Notes: a model not told the origin generated them from the letters alone. A DNA stretch of 64,000 bases from a virus (IMGVR_UViG_3300005613_000034), one strand, 5' to 3'; positions 19,413 to 30,145 are shown, counted from the stretch's first letter. A program made the numbers and translations.

Positions 19413-20031
19413 CTTTCTTTAAATTATCTTCAGCCCATAAAGGTTGTAAATTTTTATAATTAAAACATTTTTTCTGTTCTTCTAGTTTACTTAAATCAAA
19501 ACTTACACAAGGTTTAATATGATCAATATGCCAACCAAATTTTCCATAATTATCCCAAGACATTCCGTCCTTAAATTGTTTTTCTAAATGTTGTTTACAT
19601 TCTTCAATAGAACAACCTAAAAGTTCTTTTGTACAATCAGATTTATAATTTCCTTTTAATGCATGAATTATTCTCATTCTTTGATTTGTAGCAATTCTAA
19701 AATTAATATTATTTTTACGTCTATTTTTTAAATATAAATTAATTTTTTTTCTATTATTAATAGAATATATTTTTTTATTGTTTGAAATTTTTTCTTTATT
19801 ATTTTCTCTATATTTTTTATCAGATATTCTTTTCTTTTCAATATTATTTTTTCTATATTTTTTCATTTTTTCTTTCATTATTTCTTTATTTAATTTATAA
19901 TAATTATTTGTTTGTGTTTTTATTTTTTCTTTATTTTTTTCATAATATAATTTATTATATTTATCTGTTTGAATTTTTATTTTTTCTTTATTTTTTAAAC
20001 GATAATTTTTCATATATTCTTCTTTAGTCAT
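19393..20031 (-). CDS. HNH endonuclease with Lys-rich repetitive N-terminus
   Basis: GWHIDHIKPC...N..LQPLW..N..K HNH core. Confidence 0.8.
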   Translation of the reverse strand: MTKEEYMKNYRLKNKEKIKIQTDKYNKLYYEKNKEKIKTQTNNYYKLNKEIMKEKMKKYRKNNIEKKRISDKKYRENNKEKISNNKKIYSINNRKKINLYLKNRRKNNINFRIATNQRMRIIHALKGNYKSDCTKELLGCSIEECKQHLEKQFKDGMSWDNYGKFGWHIDHIKPCVSFDLSKLEEQKKCFNYKNLQPLWAEDNLKKGDKYGK

Positions 20032-21211
20032 GTAAAAATTCCTCCATAGTTTCTTTAATATATATTATATCATCTTTAGAAACACCAGGATGAATCCCAG
20101 TCCAAAATAATTTATTTGTAATATTATTTGTATAATCTAAACTACCAGAAACTTTATACTTTGAATCTTTATAAGCTTTTTGAAGAGTAACATTACCACC
20201 AAATAAAAGACGAGTAGCAATATCTTTTTCATTTAAATAAAGCATTAATTCTTTTCTAGAAACTAAAGGGTTTTTAATAATCATAGGAAACCCAAACAAA
20301 ACGGGGTCCGCGTGTTTATTAATTTTAATAAAATCAATTTCATCTTTTAATGGAGACATGATTTTCATATAATTTTTAAAATTTCTTCTCCGTGAAGAAT
20401 TAAATTTTGGAAGACGTTTGATTTGTTCAAGACCAAAAGCGGCCTGCATCTCTGTAGGTTTTAAATTATAACCAATAGAAGAATACATATATTTATGATC
20501 ATATTCAATGTCACCAAGTTTGAAGTTGAAACGATTTTTACAACGATTATCTTGCCCGGCCATACAAGAACAATCTCTCCCCCAATCTCTAAAACTTTTA
20601 ATATATTTTAAAGTCAAAGGATCTGAAGTAGCAACTGCCCCACCCTCACCAGCTAAAGTAATATGATGGGCTGGGTAAAAACTAGCTGTAGAAACATTAC
20701 CAAAACTTCCACATGGTTTATTTTTATAAGTAGATCCATAAGCATCGCATGTATCTTCTAACAAAAATAATTTATTATCTTTACAAAACTTTCGAACTTT
20801 ATTAGCTTCAAAAGGATTACCTAAAGTATGTGCTAAAACAACACCAACAGTCTTTTTACTCAAAGCTGTTTGGAGTAGTTCAATTGGGGCATTTAAAGTA
20901 TTATCAATATCAACAAAAACCGGAGTAAAACCAAGTTGAATAATAGGGTTAATAGTAGTAGGAAAATTACATGCGGGAGTAATGATTTCTCCACCTTTCA
21001 AATTATAACGTTTTTTTATAGCTTCAAGTGCCAATAAACTTGCAGATGAACCAGAGTTAGTCAACGCGGAAAATTTCTGCCCCATAATACCAGCAAATTT
21101 ATTTTCAAATTTTTCACCAGTTTTATTCAAACCTAAACGCCCATCTTCCAAAACATCTACTGCTGCGCCAATTTCATTATAATCATAAATAGCTTTACCT
21201 GTTAAAATCAT
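20024..21211 (-). CDS. DegT/DnrJ/EryC1/StrS-family PLP-dependent sugar aminotransferase
   Basis: ALTNSGSSAS..; 395 aa; family-typical layout. Confidence 0.8.
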   Translation of the reverse strand: MILTGKAIYDYNEIGAAVDVLEDGRLGLNKTGEKFENKFAGIMGQKFSALTNSGSSASLLALEAIKKRYNLKGGEIITPACNFPTTINPIIQLGFTPVFVDIDNTLNAPIELLQTALSKKTVGVVLAHTLGNPFEANKVRKFCKDNKLFLLEDTCDAYGSTYKNKPCGSFGNVSTASFYPAHHITLAGEGGAVATSDPLTLKYIKSFRDWGRDCSCMAGQDNRCKNRFNFKLGDIEYDHKYMYSSIGYNLKPTEMQAAFGLEQIKRLPKFNSSRRRNFKNYMKIMSPLKDEIDFIKINKHADPVLFGFPMIIKNPLVSRKELMLYLNEKDIATRLLFGGNVTLQKAYKDSKYKVSGSLDYTNNITNKLFWTGIHPGVSKDDIIYIKETMEEFLHD

Positions 21212-22146
21212 TTTCTTCCCCTCTTATAATATTTAATAGTCCATTTTATACCTTGTTCTACAGAAACTTTTGGTTTCCACCCAATTTTTGTTAATTTAGA
21301 ATTATCACAAATAAAATTAACAATACCAACTCGTTTATGAAATTCTGGAGGTATTTTATTTTTAATTTTAACCCCAGTCTCTTTTGAAATTATTTTCATT
21401 AAATCAATAAATTTTATGAATTTAGAATTGCCAGCAAAATAAATTTCCCCAGGCTTTCCTCTTTTACCAACTGTTACACAAGCATTAATAATATCATCAA
21501 TATAAATATAATCACGGAAAAAATCCCCCATGTTATAAACTTGTAAATTCTTTCCTTGAACAGCATTTCTAATCATATAATTAAAAGCCGCCTTCTTTTT
21601 ATTTTTACCTGGTTCGCCAGGCCCATAAACATTACAAAATCTTATAATAGAAATATCCATATCATAAATATTTGAATAAATTTTACAAAAATTTTCAGCA
21701 CAAAGTTTTGTAGCCCCATATAAACCAAGAGGTTCACAAAGATCTTTTTCATCAACCGGAATTTTGTTTACAGCCCCACAAACAAAAAATGTACTAGCAT
21801 AAACAATTTTAGCTTTTGGATTATATTTTCGACACGCTTCTAATAAACTCAATGTTCCTGTACAATTTGCTTTAATATCTCTTAATGCATCATTATCTTC
21901 AACAGCATAATTATCTGTAGTACCAGCTAAATCAATAATTATATCAAAATTTTTTACTTCTGTTTTAATATCTACCAAATCTTTTGTTTTATATTTAATA
22001 CCTACAATTTTACTAGTTGGTTTTTTAATATCAAAAGAAGTTACATTAAAACCATTATCTAAATATTTTGCGCACAAATGAGTTCCTATAAACCCATTAC
22101 CACCAATAATCAATACTGATTTAGATTTAAAATTCATAACTTTCAC
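21208..22146 (-). CDS. NAD-dependent sugar epimerase/dehydratase (extended SDR)
   Basis: N-terminal IIGGNGFIG Rossmann motif; YGATK catalytic YxxxK. Confidence 0.85.
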   Translation of the reverse strand: MKVMNFKSKSVLIIGGNGFIGTHLCAKYLDNGFNVTSFDIKKPTSKIVGIKYKTKDLVDIKTEVKNFDIIIDLAGTTDNYAVEDNDALRDIKANCTGTLSLLEACRKYNPKAKIVYASTFFVCGAVNKIPVDEKDLCEPLGLYGATKLCAENFCKIYSNIYDMDISIIRFCNVYGPGEPGKNKKKAAFNYMIRNAVQGKNLQVYNMGDFFRDYIYIDDIINACVTVGKRGKPGEIYFAGNSKFIKFIDLMKIISKETGVKIKNKIPPEFHKRVGIVNFICDNSKLTKIGWKPKVSVEQGIKWTIKYYKRGRK

Positions 22147-22287
22147 TTTTTATTTTTAAAATAATATAATCTCTTTTGTATTCGTTCTTCTAAAGGAATA
22201 AGATCAGAATCAAAAACAAAACCATTATATGTTCCAAGTCTTTCAAATCTTTTCTTACGTAACAACAAACGTGTTTCTTTACTCAAT

Positions 22288-22632
22288 CTAAACGCCCCGC
22301 GCCCCTTTTAATATATAACTCAATATCCCAATGATACCAAGAATAATCGACCCTACTAAAATTAAAGGAAGAAGTCCTAACATATTAGAAACTGATTTCC
22401 CATAAACTTCTGTATTTAAAGCACTTGTAATCTCACTATATACATATATCCCAATCAAAAAATATAAAATAGTAAATATAATTGAAGTTGGTTTTATATT
22501 AAAATTTTTAAGTACAGATAAAATTGCATCTTCTTGAACAGAAACAACCTTGTTGGTTTTATCATTATATTTTAATTTATTAGTATGTTTAGAAAAATCT
22601 GGAATGGCAATTTTTAATTTCATAAATATCAC
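22288..22632 (-). CDS. membrane protein
   Basis: 3 predicted TM segments. Confidence 0.45.
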   Translation of the reverse strand: MIFMKLKIAIPDFSKHTNKLKYNDKTNKVVSVQEDAILSVLKNFNIKPTSIIFTILYFLIGIYVYSEITSALNTEVYGKSVSNMLGLLPLILVGSIILGIIGILSYILKGARGV

Positions 22633-22672
22633 AAAAATAAAAAATAAGGCCCTGTGCGGGCCTTAAAAAAAG

Positions 22673-22960
22673 TTACTTTTTCTTCTCGTTAAAAAGTTCA
22701 TCTGTTTCTTCGATATACATTTTAACTCTAGCTGTAGGATCAATAGATTTCATAAGTCTATTATCACTCATAAGAATGTTAACAACCTCTGAATCAATAT
22801 TTACCTTATTTTTATCAGCGTGCTGTCTTAATTTACCTATATAATATGCAGCTTTATAAACCTCTACCCTAATATAAGGTTTTACGAATTTATATCCTAC
22901 AATTATACATGCGCAAAAAAACGCCAACGCAGCAAGATCTGTGAATGGACTATACACCAT
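22673..22960 (-). CDS. small membrane protein
   Basis: N-terminal TM LAALAFFCACIIVGY. Confidence 0.45.
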   Translation of the reverse strand: MVYSPFTDLAALAFFCACIIVGYKFVKPYIRVEVYKAAYYIGKLRQHADKNKVNIDSEVVNILMSDNRLMKSIDPTARVKMYIEETDELFNEKKK

Positions 22961-22961
22961 A

Positions 22962-23840
22962 TTAATTACCTCCTGTCTGTAGATCTATGAATGGAACCAC
23001 TCCACCACCCAACATATACTGTGGAACTGATCCGTCCCAACGTTGAACCGCTTCATAATCAATCAATTTTGCATTTTGAGAAAGTTGTTCTCTTACAACT
23101 TGTAATGCATATGCTTCTGAATCAGCTTTCTGCCGAATTGCATATGCTTCAGCGTCGGCTTCAAGTTTTACTCTTTCGTTCTGAGCTTCGGCTTGAGTGA
23201 TAGCTTGTTCTTTTTCAACTTTAATACGAACAAGTTCTCTTTCAGCTTTAAGTGCATCCTGCTCAGCCTTTACTTTAGCTTCAATAGCAAGATTAAATTC
23301 GGGGCTGAAATCAAAGTTTGTGATACTCAAATTTTGAACAGTTAAAGAATACCCAGATAATCTATTTTTCAAATTTTCTTCAATAGTATTCTTTACTAAT
23401 GCACGTTGAGTAATCAATTCTTCGGCTGTGAACTGAGCTGTCGCAGCTTTAACTGATTCTTCGATTGCCGGATCAATAACTCTAGATCGGTAATCATATC
23501 CAATAGTTTGGAATAATACATGAGCTTGATCTGCATTTACTTTATAATTCAAAGCAACAATTGTTTTTACAACCTGCAAATCTTTAGACGCAGCACTTGC
23601 ATCCGCCGATATTTTTTGAGTTTTAACATCAATTAGATTAACACCTTGAATAACAGGCATTTTAAAGTGAATTCCTTCTCCTAAAGAGTATGGTTCCACA
23701 GATCCTAATGTAGTTAGAACTCCTCTTTCACCCGGACCAACGATCGCGAATGAACTCAATCCAACAATAGCAACAATTACCACTAACAAAATTATGATAA
23801 CTTTACCTGCTGGAAAATTTACTTCTACTTCCTTTACCAT
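22962..23840 (-). CDS. SPFH/band-7 (prohibitin/stomatin/HflKC-like) membrane protein
   Basis: N-terminal TM, then SPFH core and Ala/Glu-rich coiled coil. Confidence 0.8.
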   Translation of the reverse strand: MVKEVEVNFPAGKVIIILLVVIVAIVGLSSFAIVGPGERGVLTTLGSVEPYSLGEGIHFKMPVIQGVNLIDVKTQKISADASAASKDLQVVKTIVALNYKVNADQAHVLFQTIGYDYRSRVIDPAIEESVKAATAQFTAEELITQRALVKNTIEENLKNRLSGYSLTVQNLSITNFDFSPEFNLAIEAKVKAEQDALKAERELVRIKVEKEQAITQAEAQNERVKLEADAEAYAIRQKADSEAYALQVVREQLSQNAKLIDYEAVQRWDGSVPQYMLGGGVVPFIDLQTGGN

Positions 23841-23890
23841 TTATTACACCTCTGTAAATATAATTATAACAAAACATTTAAAAACCTTAC

Positions 23891-24624
23891 TCAAAAAATG
23901 CTGCTAATGTAGTTTGAGAATTCTTGATGTTTACCACTCTTTTTTAAATTATCTTTAGCCCATAAAGGTTGGAGATTAGTATAATTAAAACATTTCTTCT
24001 GTTCACTTTCTTTAGATAAATCAAACGAACAACAAGGTTTAATATGATCAATATGCCAACCAAATTTTCCATAATTATCCCAAGACATACCGGGTTTAAA
24101 CTGACTCTCCAAATGTTTCTTACATTCATCAACTGTACAACCAAGTAATTCTTTAATTGATACACTTTTTTCATTTGTTTTTAAAGAATTTTTAAATCGC
24201 TTTCTTAAATTATCTAATAATTTAAATTCCCAATCATTTTTTAATCTTTCTTTTTTATATTCAATACATTTTTTAATAATTTTTTCTTTATTTTTTAAAT
24301 AATATTCTCTTGATTTTTTTCTATATAATTCCTTATTTTTAATATATCTTATATGTTGTTTTTCTTTTATAATTTTTTTGTTTTTTTCTCTATATTCTTT
24401 TTTATATTTTTTAATTTTTTCTAATATTTTTTCCTTATTTTTATTAAAATATATTTTTTTCTTTTCATATAATTCATCTTTATGATATTCATAATATTTT
24501 TTCCATCTTTTTTACATTCTTCTTTATTTTTTTCTCTATATCTTTTCCATTTACAATATTTAGAACAATATAAAATACGTTTATTTTTTGAAATAAATGT
24601 TTTATTACATAATTTACATTTCAT
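23891..24624 (-). pseudogene. second HNH endonuclease copy, apparently disrupted
   Basis: 73-aa intact C-terminal ORF near-identical to C-terminus of 19393..20031; upstream Lys-rich part in a different frame (24421..24624). Confidence 0.5.
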
Positions 24625-26513
24625 TTATTCACCACAAAAAAATCTGTTAATAAACTTTGATTTGATTTTATAAAATATTTTAGTTCTTTCCACACATTAG
24701 TTAAATCAATATCATCGATAGATAAATTATGTTCTTTAAATTCTTCGATAGTACAATAATTTTTTTTCAACCCAACACCAATCCCGCGGGTATTAGGAAT
24801 TAAAAAATGAATTCCGGGGCCATATCGTCTTGAAATTTGAGCTTGAATTTGGGATTCACTTTTATAACTATCCGCTGGTTTAGCAGTATACCTAATTTCA
24901 GCTAAAGAAATATCGGTTTGCAATAATTCATTGATTAAATTTCTTAAATATGTTTCAGAAAATTTTACTTTACGTTCTTTAGAAATTCGGGGAACAAGAA
25001 TTTCCCAAAAAAGTTTACGAGTAATAGCCGACAAACTTTTCTTTCGTACACCGAGATTTTTAACTTTTATCTTTCCATCGATCGTTCTATAAATATAATT
25101 TTTTTTAATCAATTTTTTAGGTTTATTAATATAATCATATTTATCCATTTCACTATCTGTAACTTTATCTCCTGCATCACCTTTAAAAAACCACATATCT
25201 GTTATTTCATCATCAATACCCATATCAAAATGTTCATAAGGAAAAGGAACATTATCTTTAATTTCTTTAATTATTTCATCTTTAACCCCTAACATTTTTT
25301 CTTTATCATCAAATGGATCAACAAGATAACATGAATCAGTATCAGTATAAATAACATCATACCCTGCTTTCATAAATTTTTTTCTAGATAATTTAATCCA
25401 TTGGCGACCAATACGAGTTACATCCGCTGCTGAAGTACGATTATATAAATTAGCAAAACAAGGATTACCCAAAAGACCATAAGCCGCATTCAACTGAATT
25501 TTCAAAGAATATTCGCGGGCATCACCATTCTTTTTAAATACAACACGATCTTCATACATTGATTTAATCAATTTTTCAATGTCTCCTTGTTTTTCTTTAT
25601 TATATTTTCCTTCAACTTTAAATTTTCCATTACCATCCCACCCATTAGGATCAGGAGAAAAAATATTGCACTGATGCATAATACTTGGGTAAAGAGAATT
25701 AAAATCTAAACAATAAATTTTTCCGGTTGCGTGTTCTGTTGATGGAAATGAAACATACCCGCCACCATATGTAACTTTATCTTTAACATTAGAATATTCT
25801 TCTTTCCATCCCATTGCATTACAAATAGATTTATAAGTGAATACGGCAGTACTACAAGTTAAATAAGTTTTCTTTTCAACATCTTCAGATGGAACATAAT
25901 CACGAAAACTTTTAAAATAATCTTCGCACCACTCATACATTTTTTTAGTAACTTCAAGATCTCTCATAGTGTAATCTTCAATTAATATTTTTTCTTCGTC
26001 TGTCCATTCATTCGGTTCTTTTTTAAGAAGACTATAATCAAAATCATCAATTTTTGCTGTACTATCATCAACAACACCAATTGTTCGTGAAATAAAATCA
26101 AGAGAATACCGCATTAACAAATCATTAAGCATACCAGCTTTTACTTTCATTGCAGACGAGCGTTTTTTAAATAACATTAATAAATCAAAATTTACTTTAT
26201 TTTTAAAACGAAAAATTCCATCTTTATCTTTATTAATCATGTCAGAAAATCCATTATAATACATTACTTGAGTGTCATACCCATCCATTACATCCCCATG
26301 AAAAACACCACCAACACTATTAAACCCAACAAGATATTTATGACGATTAATCATATTTCGTATTTCATTTTTATCATATAACAAATAATATTTTTCATCA
26401 TCAAAACTATAACACCCAAAAACACGAAGTTTATGAGTACTAGTAGATTTACCAAGATCGGCGGCTGTCTCAAGATCCCAAATTAATACTCCATTAAATA
26501 TTTCATTTACCAT
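24621..26513 (-). CDS. family B DNA polymerase (compact, 630 aa)
   Basis: Exo I IWDLET; motif A DFNSLYPSI; motif C YTDTDS. Confidence 0.85.
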   Translation of the reverse strand: MVNEIFNGVLIWDLETAADLGKSTSTHKLRVFGCYSFDDEKYYLLYDKNEIRNMINRHKYLVGFNSVGGVFHGDVMDGYDTQVMYYNGFSDMINKDKDGIFRFKNKVNFDLLMLFKKRSSAMKVKAGMLNDLLMRYSLDFISRTIGVVDDSTAKIDDFDYSLLKKEPNEWTDEEKILIEDYTMRDLEVTKKMYEWCEDYFKSFRDYVPSEDVEKKTYLTCSTAVFTYKSICNAMGWKEEYSNVKDKVTYGGGYVSFPSTEHATGKIYCLDFNSLYPSIMHQCNIFSPDPNGWDGNGKFKVEGKYNKEKQGDIEKLIKSMYEDRVVFKKNGDAREYSLKIQLNAAYGLLGNPCFANLYNRTSAADVTRIGRQWIKLSRKKFMKAGYDVIYTDTDSCYLVDPFDDKEKMLGVKDEIIKEIKDNVPFPYEHFDMGIDDEITDMWFFKGDAGDKVTDSEMDKYDYINKPKKLIKKNYIYRTIDGKIKVKNLGVRKKSLSAITRKLFWEILVPRISKERKVKFSETYLRNLINELLQTDISLAEIRYTAKPADSYKSESQIQAQISRRYGPGIHFLIPNTRGIGVGLKKNYCTIEEFKEHNLSIDDIDLTNVWKELKYFIKSNQSLLTDFFVVNK

Positions 26514-26514
26514 A

Positions 26515-26736
26515 TTATAACCTCTTAATAATTAACTGATGTCTAAAATTTTCTTTAAAACATTCTAAACAAATAATAAATTTAGTATAATGCGGAAGTT
26601 GTTTATATAATTCCGGGCTTGATAACAAACTACCACCATTCTTATTTACACCTTTATTATAAACATCTTTGCCACACCATTCACATTTACCAATAGGAGG
26701 ATAATTTCCTGGAGGTCTTCCGCGTTTAGCTTTCAT
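26515..26736 (-). CDS. small zinc-finger protein
   Basis: CEWCG...CLEC; start taken at MKAKRGRPP. Confidence 0.4.
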   Translation of the reverse strand: MKAKRGRPPGNYPPIGKCEWCGKDVYNKGVNKNGGSLLSSPELYKQLPHYTKFIICLECFKENFRHQLIIKRL

Positions 26737-29554
26737 TAGAACCACCTTCAGTTGCAAAAAGATTATCTTTAGCAAAATCTCCAAAAATAATTTTTAAAGG
26801 TTTATCATTATTAACTAAAATAAATCTTTTACCATCAATTTCAGAAATTTCAATTGAATAAGATTGTGCCAACTTAGAAGAATGTTTCAACGCCCTATAA
26901 TTAATTTCCGGAGTCCCCCTATTTTCAGGTTTATAAGAATTATCTTCCAAAATATATTTTTCTAAGCCAACGAAAGGAATTTCCTTGTCACTCCCATTTC
27001 TTCTAACATAAGAATAAACAGCATATAAAAAACATTTAATTTCCGCGGCCTCATCATCAAACAAAGATTTAATATATCTTTCCATAATACTATTAGTAAT
27101 ATCCCCTTCAATCATTTCTTTAAAACTATTAATGTTAATACCTTGAATAATATGTAAATATTTTTTAGCAGAATCAATCAATTTTTTAAAATCAATATCA
27201 TCATTGATTAAATCATTCATATATTCAAGAGCCGCAAGACGAAGAGCCATACCATTCATGTGTTTATGACTTGAAACATTACCAACCAAAAATTCTTTAA
27301 AGCTTTGCATATCAGTGTGTTTAGCTAATTCAGTCAATGCATCTTGGTAATTTTTTTCGAAAGGAGCATCTAAAAATTTTAACACGCTTGGGTTTTTTAA
27401 TAATAATGAAAACTTTTTAGAAGTAATGAATCTTAAATACTCAAATTTTGCTTCTAAATCATTAACTTCATCTTCTGTAAGTTTACTATCTCCAGAAATT
27501 CTTTTAGTGTTTGGGTCGAAAACAACAAGAGCGATTCTTGACCCCAAAGCAGCATAATTATTAGTAATTAATTTTAATGTTGAATCAAACTGACTAACAA
27601 TTTTTATTTCGTTTATTCGTTCGCTCGCTAACAAATCATCTTTAGGATTTCCGAGAAAAGTTAAAGATGATAACCCGCGGCAAGTAATACTTTTTTTACC
27701 AACATCAATATTAACTTCACCGCTTTCCATAAAACTCAATAATTTACCATACATCATTTTAGATTCATCTTCTTGGATTTCATCAAGATAATAAGGATTA
27801 GTATTTTCGTGAAGAGTCCCACGATTAATTTCATCACTTGTAGAAAATCCTAAAAGATTTTTAACAGTAGTTCTAATTGCATTGTGCCCAAACCGACTAC
27901 TAATAGTTGATTTTCCAGCTTTAGTTCCAGTGAATAAAAATTTATGATTGTTATAATACTGATATTTTTTATAATCTGAAATAGACATATCCGGAACAAA
28001 GAAGTCAGATTCAAATGCTAATGATACTTTATCATCAACATTCATACCCATTCTAACATAATGTTCAACAATATCTTTTAAATCTTCATTAGATAAAGAT
28101 TTCATATCAGCCTCATCAATACCATGCCCAATAGTATAAAAAATACAATTAGTAGATTTAGCATCTTGTTCTATTAAATAATCAAAAACAGTTTTATTAT
28201 TATCATTCAATTTTTTAATGAACGTATCAACCCGTTTATTCTTTATACCTTGGGAAATAAGAATTTTTTCCAGAATGTGCTCTTCAGGGGGATTTTTTAA
28301 AAATATTGAATATAATCTTTTATTAGATTTAAGAGGAATAAGATAACGTTCGTTATCCCCTTCTTTCAAATCACTTTCATTTTCAGTAAAACAATAACTA
28401 GAAAAGTTACCAGCTAAAAATTTTATCTCGAATAAATTATAAACATATTCTTTACGAGTAGTATTATGAATACCACTTGTAACGATTCCATGCTGATAAA
28501 AAATTTTTTTAACTTCAAAAGACGCGCGGATTGCACGTTTAACACTTCTATTAGTTTTTTCATTATACCTAAAATTATTATACGGACATAAAGAACAAAC
28601 ATCTTTTAAATTATGTTCTTTACAATAATTACTAATCTCACCACAATTAAAAATACGAAACTCATCATTTTTAAATTTTTCATCCCAACCAACAAACTCC
28701 TGCTCATCCATCCCCTGAACTTTCAAAAAATTCTTTCTCAAATCTTTATTACCACTAAAATTAGTATAAACAGAAAGATTTTTAATCAATGTTGCATGAC
28801 GACTACCTTCTGGCATTTTTTCCTGTAAACAAATTTCATCAAAAAATTTACATTTCCTAGCACCCTCGATACTCGCGCTAGTTTTAATACCATTAACTTC
28901 TTTAACATTAGAAGATTCAGCAGACTTATTTTGTTTATAAAGCGCTTCAATAAAATCAATAAATTCATCATTATCATCATATCCAGTATAATCCATCCAA
29001 TAAGAAAGTTTTTCTGCAGAATTATTATAAGTTCCGATGACACGAGTAACACGAGAAAGATTAAATGTTTTACTATCAACCGCAAATTTATCAATCAAAA
29101 AATTTTTAAAATACTCAATTTTTTTCTTAATTGTTTCACGATTAGATTCATTAACTTTAATTCTTTTAAACGGTATTAAAATATGGTATCCTCGGCCACT
29201 AAACGCCAAAGAAGTTTTAATACCATTATCTTTAAGTTTATTATTCAATGAATAAACATCTTTTTGAAGTGCTTCATCGGAAATATGGTCTCCGTGAGCA
29301 TCAAAATCAATAAAAATAGTACTAAGATATTTTACATCTTCATCACGCTTACCAGATTCAATACGTTCATTGATTCCAGTATAAACATCTTTCCCCTCAT
29401 CTGATAATTCAATCACTTTATTGATATATTCAGTTTTTGTTTTAACAAATGAAGATTTTGCGGGATTGAATACCCGAATTTCTGTTTCTTTTTCATGATT
29501 TAGTATATTATAATACTTTTCAATGTCATCTCTATTATTTCTTTCCGATACCAT
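26726..29554 (-). CDS. primase-polymerase (AEP prim-pol) fused to C-terminal P-loop NTPase/helicase-like domain (pRN1 ORF904-like replicase)
   Basis: IFIDFDAHG and AFSGRGYHILIPF prim-pol motifs; later Walker A FTGTKAGKST. Confidence 0.8.
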   Translation of the reverse strand: MVSERNNRDDIEKYYNILNHEKETEIRVFNPAKSSFVKTKTEYINKVIELSDEGKDVYTGINERIESGKRDEDVKYLSTIFIDFDAHGDHISDEALQKDVYSLNNKLKDNGIKTSLAFSGRGYHILIPFKRIKVNESNRETIKKKIEYFKNFLIDKFAVDSKTFNLSRVTRVIGTYNNSAEKLSYWMDYTGYDDNDEFIDFIEALYKQNKSAESSNVKEVNGIKTSASIEGARKCKFFDEICLQEKMPEGSRHATLIKNLSVYTNFSGNKDLRKNFLKVQGMDEQEFVGWDEKFKNDEFRIFNCGEISNYCKEHNLKDVCSLCPYNNFRYNEKTNRSVKRAIRASFEVKKIFYQHGIVTSGIHNTTRKEYVYNLFEIKFLAGNFSSYCFTENESDLKEGDNERYLIPLKSNKRLYSIFLKNPPEEHILEKILISQGIKNKRVDTFIKKLNDNNKTVFDYLIEQDAKSTNCIFYTIGHGIDEADMKSLSNEDLKDIVEHYVRMGMNVDDKVSLAFESDFFVPDMSISDYKKYQYYNNHKFLFTGTKAGKSTISSRFGHNAIRTTVKNLLGFSTSDEINRGTLHENTNPYYLDEIQEDESKMMYGKLLSFMESGEVNIDVGKKSITCRGLSSLTFLGNPKDDLLASERINEIKIVSQFDSTLKLITNNYAALGSRIALVVFDPNTKRISGDSKLTEDEVNDLEAKFEYLRFITSKKFSLLLKNPSVLKFLDAPFEKNYQDALTELAKHTDMQSFKEFLVGNVSSHKHMNGMALRLAALEYMNDLINDDIDFKKLIDSAKKYLHIIQGININSFKEMIEGDITNSIMERYIKSLFDDEAAEIKCFLYAVYSYVRRNGSDKEIPFVGLEKYILEDNSYKPENRGTPEINYRALKHSSKLAQSYSIEISEIDGKRFILVNNDKPLKIIFGDFAKDNLFATEGGSNES

Positions 29555-29570
29555 TTATTCTTTCCTCCTA

Positions 29571-29771
29571 TCAGTTAATATCTTCTATCCAATCTAAAAT
29601 AAACTTTTTATTAATCCCCCTCCGTTTATTTTCAAGGTCTATACCAATTATAAAATTAGGTGTTTCGCGCTCGAAGTCAATTGTATAAACACTGTTCTTT
29701 TCAAACCCTTTGTTTATCATAATTTTATATTTAACTCCTTCTTCAAAACATCCTTCAAATGAATTTTCCAT
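29571..29771 (-). CDS. hypothetical protein (66 aa)
   Basis: first ORF downstream of origin-like region. Confidence 0.4.
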   Translation of the reverse strand: MENSFEGCFEEGVKYKIMINKGFEKNSVYTIDFERETPNFIIGIDLENKRRGINKKFILDWIEDIN

Positions 29772-29904
29772 AAAAATTTCCTCCTCTGTATAAATTATGA
29801 GTGAAACAATTTATAAAGCTTACCACAAATATAAACTTTATTTTTCATATAATTTATTCAATTTTTAAGTGATTTTTACGAAGTCCCGTTTTTGCCAATT
29901 TTCT

Positions 29905-30145
29905 GGCACCCTGGATACCTGAAATACCTTTGAGTTGTAGTGTATATATATATATATTTATGTTTTACTTACTACTAAACCTTGGGTATTTGAGGTATTT
30001 TGGGTATTTTATTCAAAAAAAATTTTCAAATTTGAATACCTATCCCCACTTTTCTACCCTTAAAACGCATTTAAACTTTTTCAATTGGCTAAATGTTAAA
30101 TTTCAATTTTTATAAATCTTATAAATCGTATAAATCTTATAAAAT
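29905..30145. promoter_or_regulatory. candidate replication origin / control region: (TA)8 tract flanked by GGTATTT boxes in both orientations plus CTTATAAATC direct repeats
   Basis: tatatatatatatat at 29943-29958; gggtatttgaggtattttgggtatttt at 29984-30009; inverted aaatacc copies 29911-29928 and 30033-30040; tataaatcttataaatcgtataaatcttataaaa 30111-30144. Confidence 0.5.

Noticed and set aside
19690-20010. Tandem DNA repeat or satellite in the Lys-rich region
   Set aside because: The periodicity comes from AAA/AAT-rich low-complexity coding of the HNH N-terminal domain (KYRENNKEKI-like units). It is not an exact non-coding repeat.
23944-24174. ORF 23944..24174 (-)
   Set aside because: Alternative frame overlapping the HNH-core ORF 23891..24112. 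It has no motif support.
28613-29255. Five short ORFs overlapping the prim-pol gene on both strands
   Set aside because: All sit inside the 942-aa ORF with motif support. They are hydrophobic low-complexity translations of AT-rich sequence.
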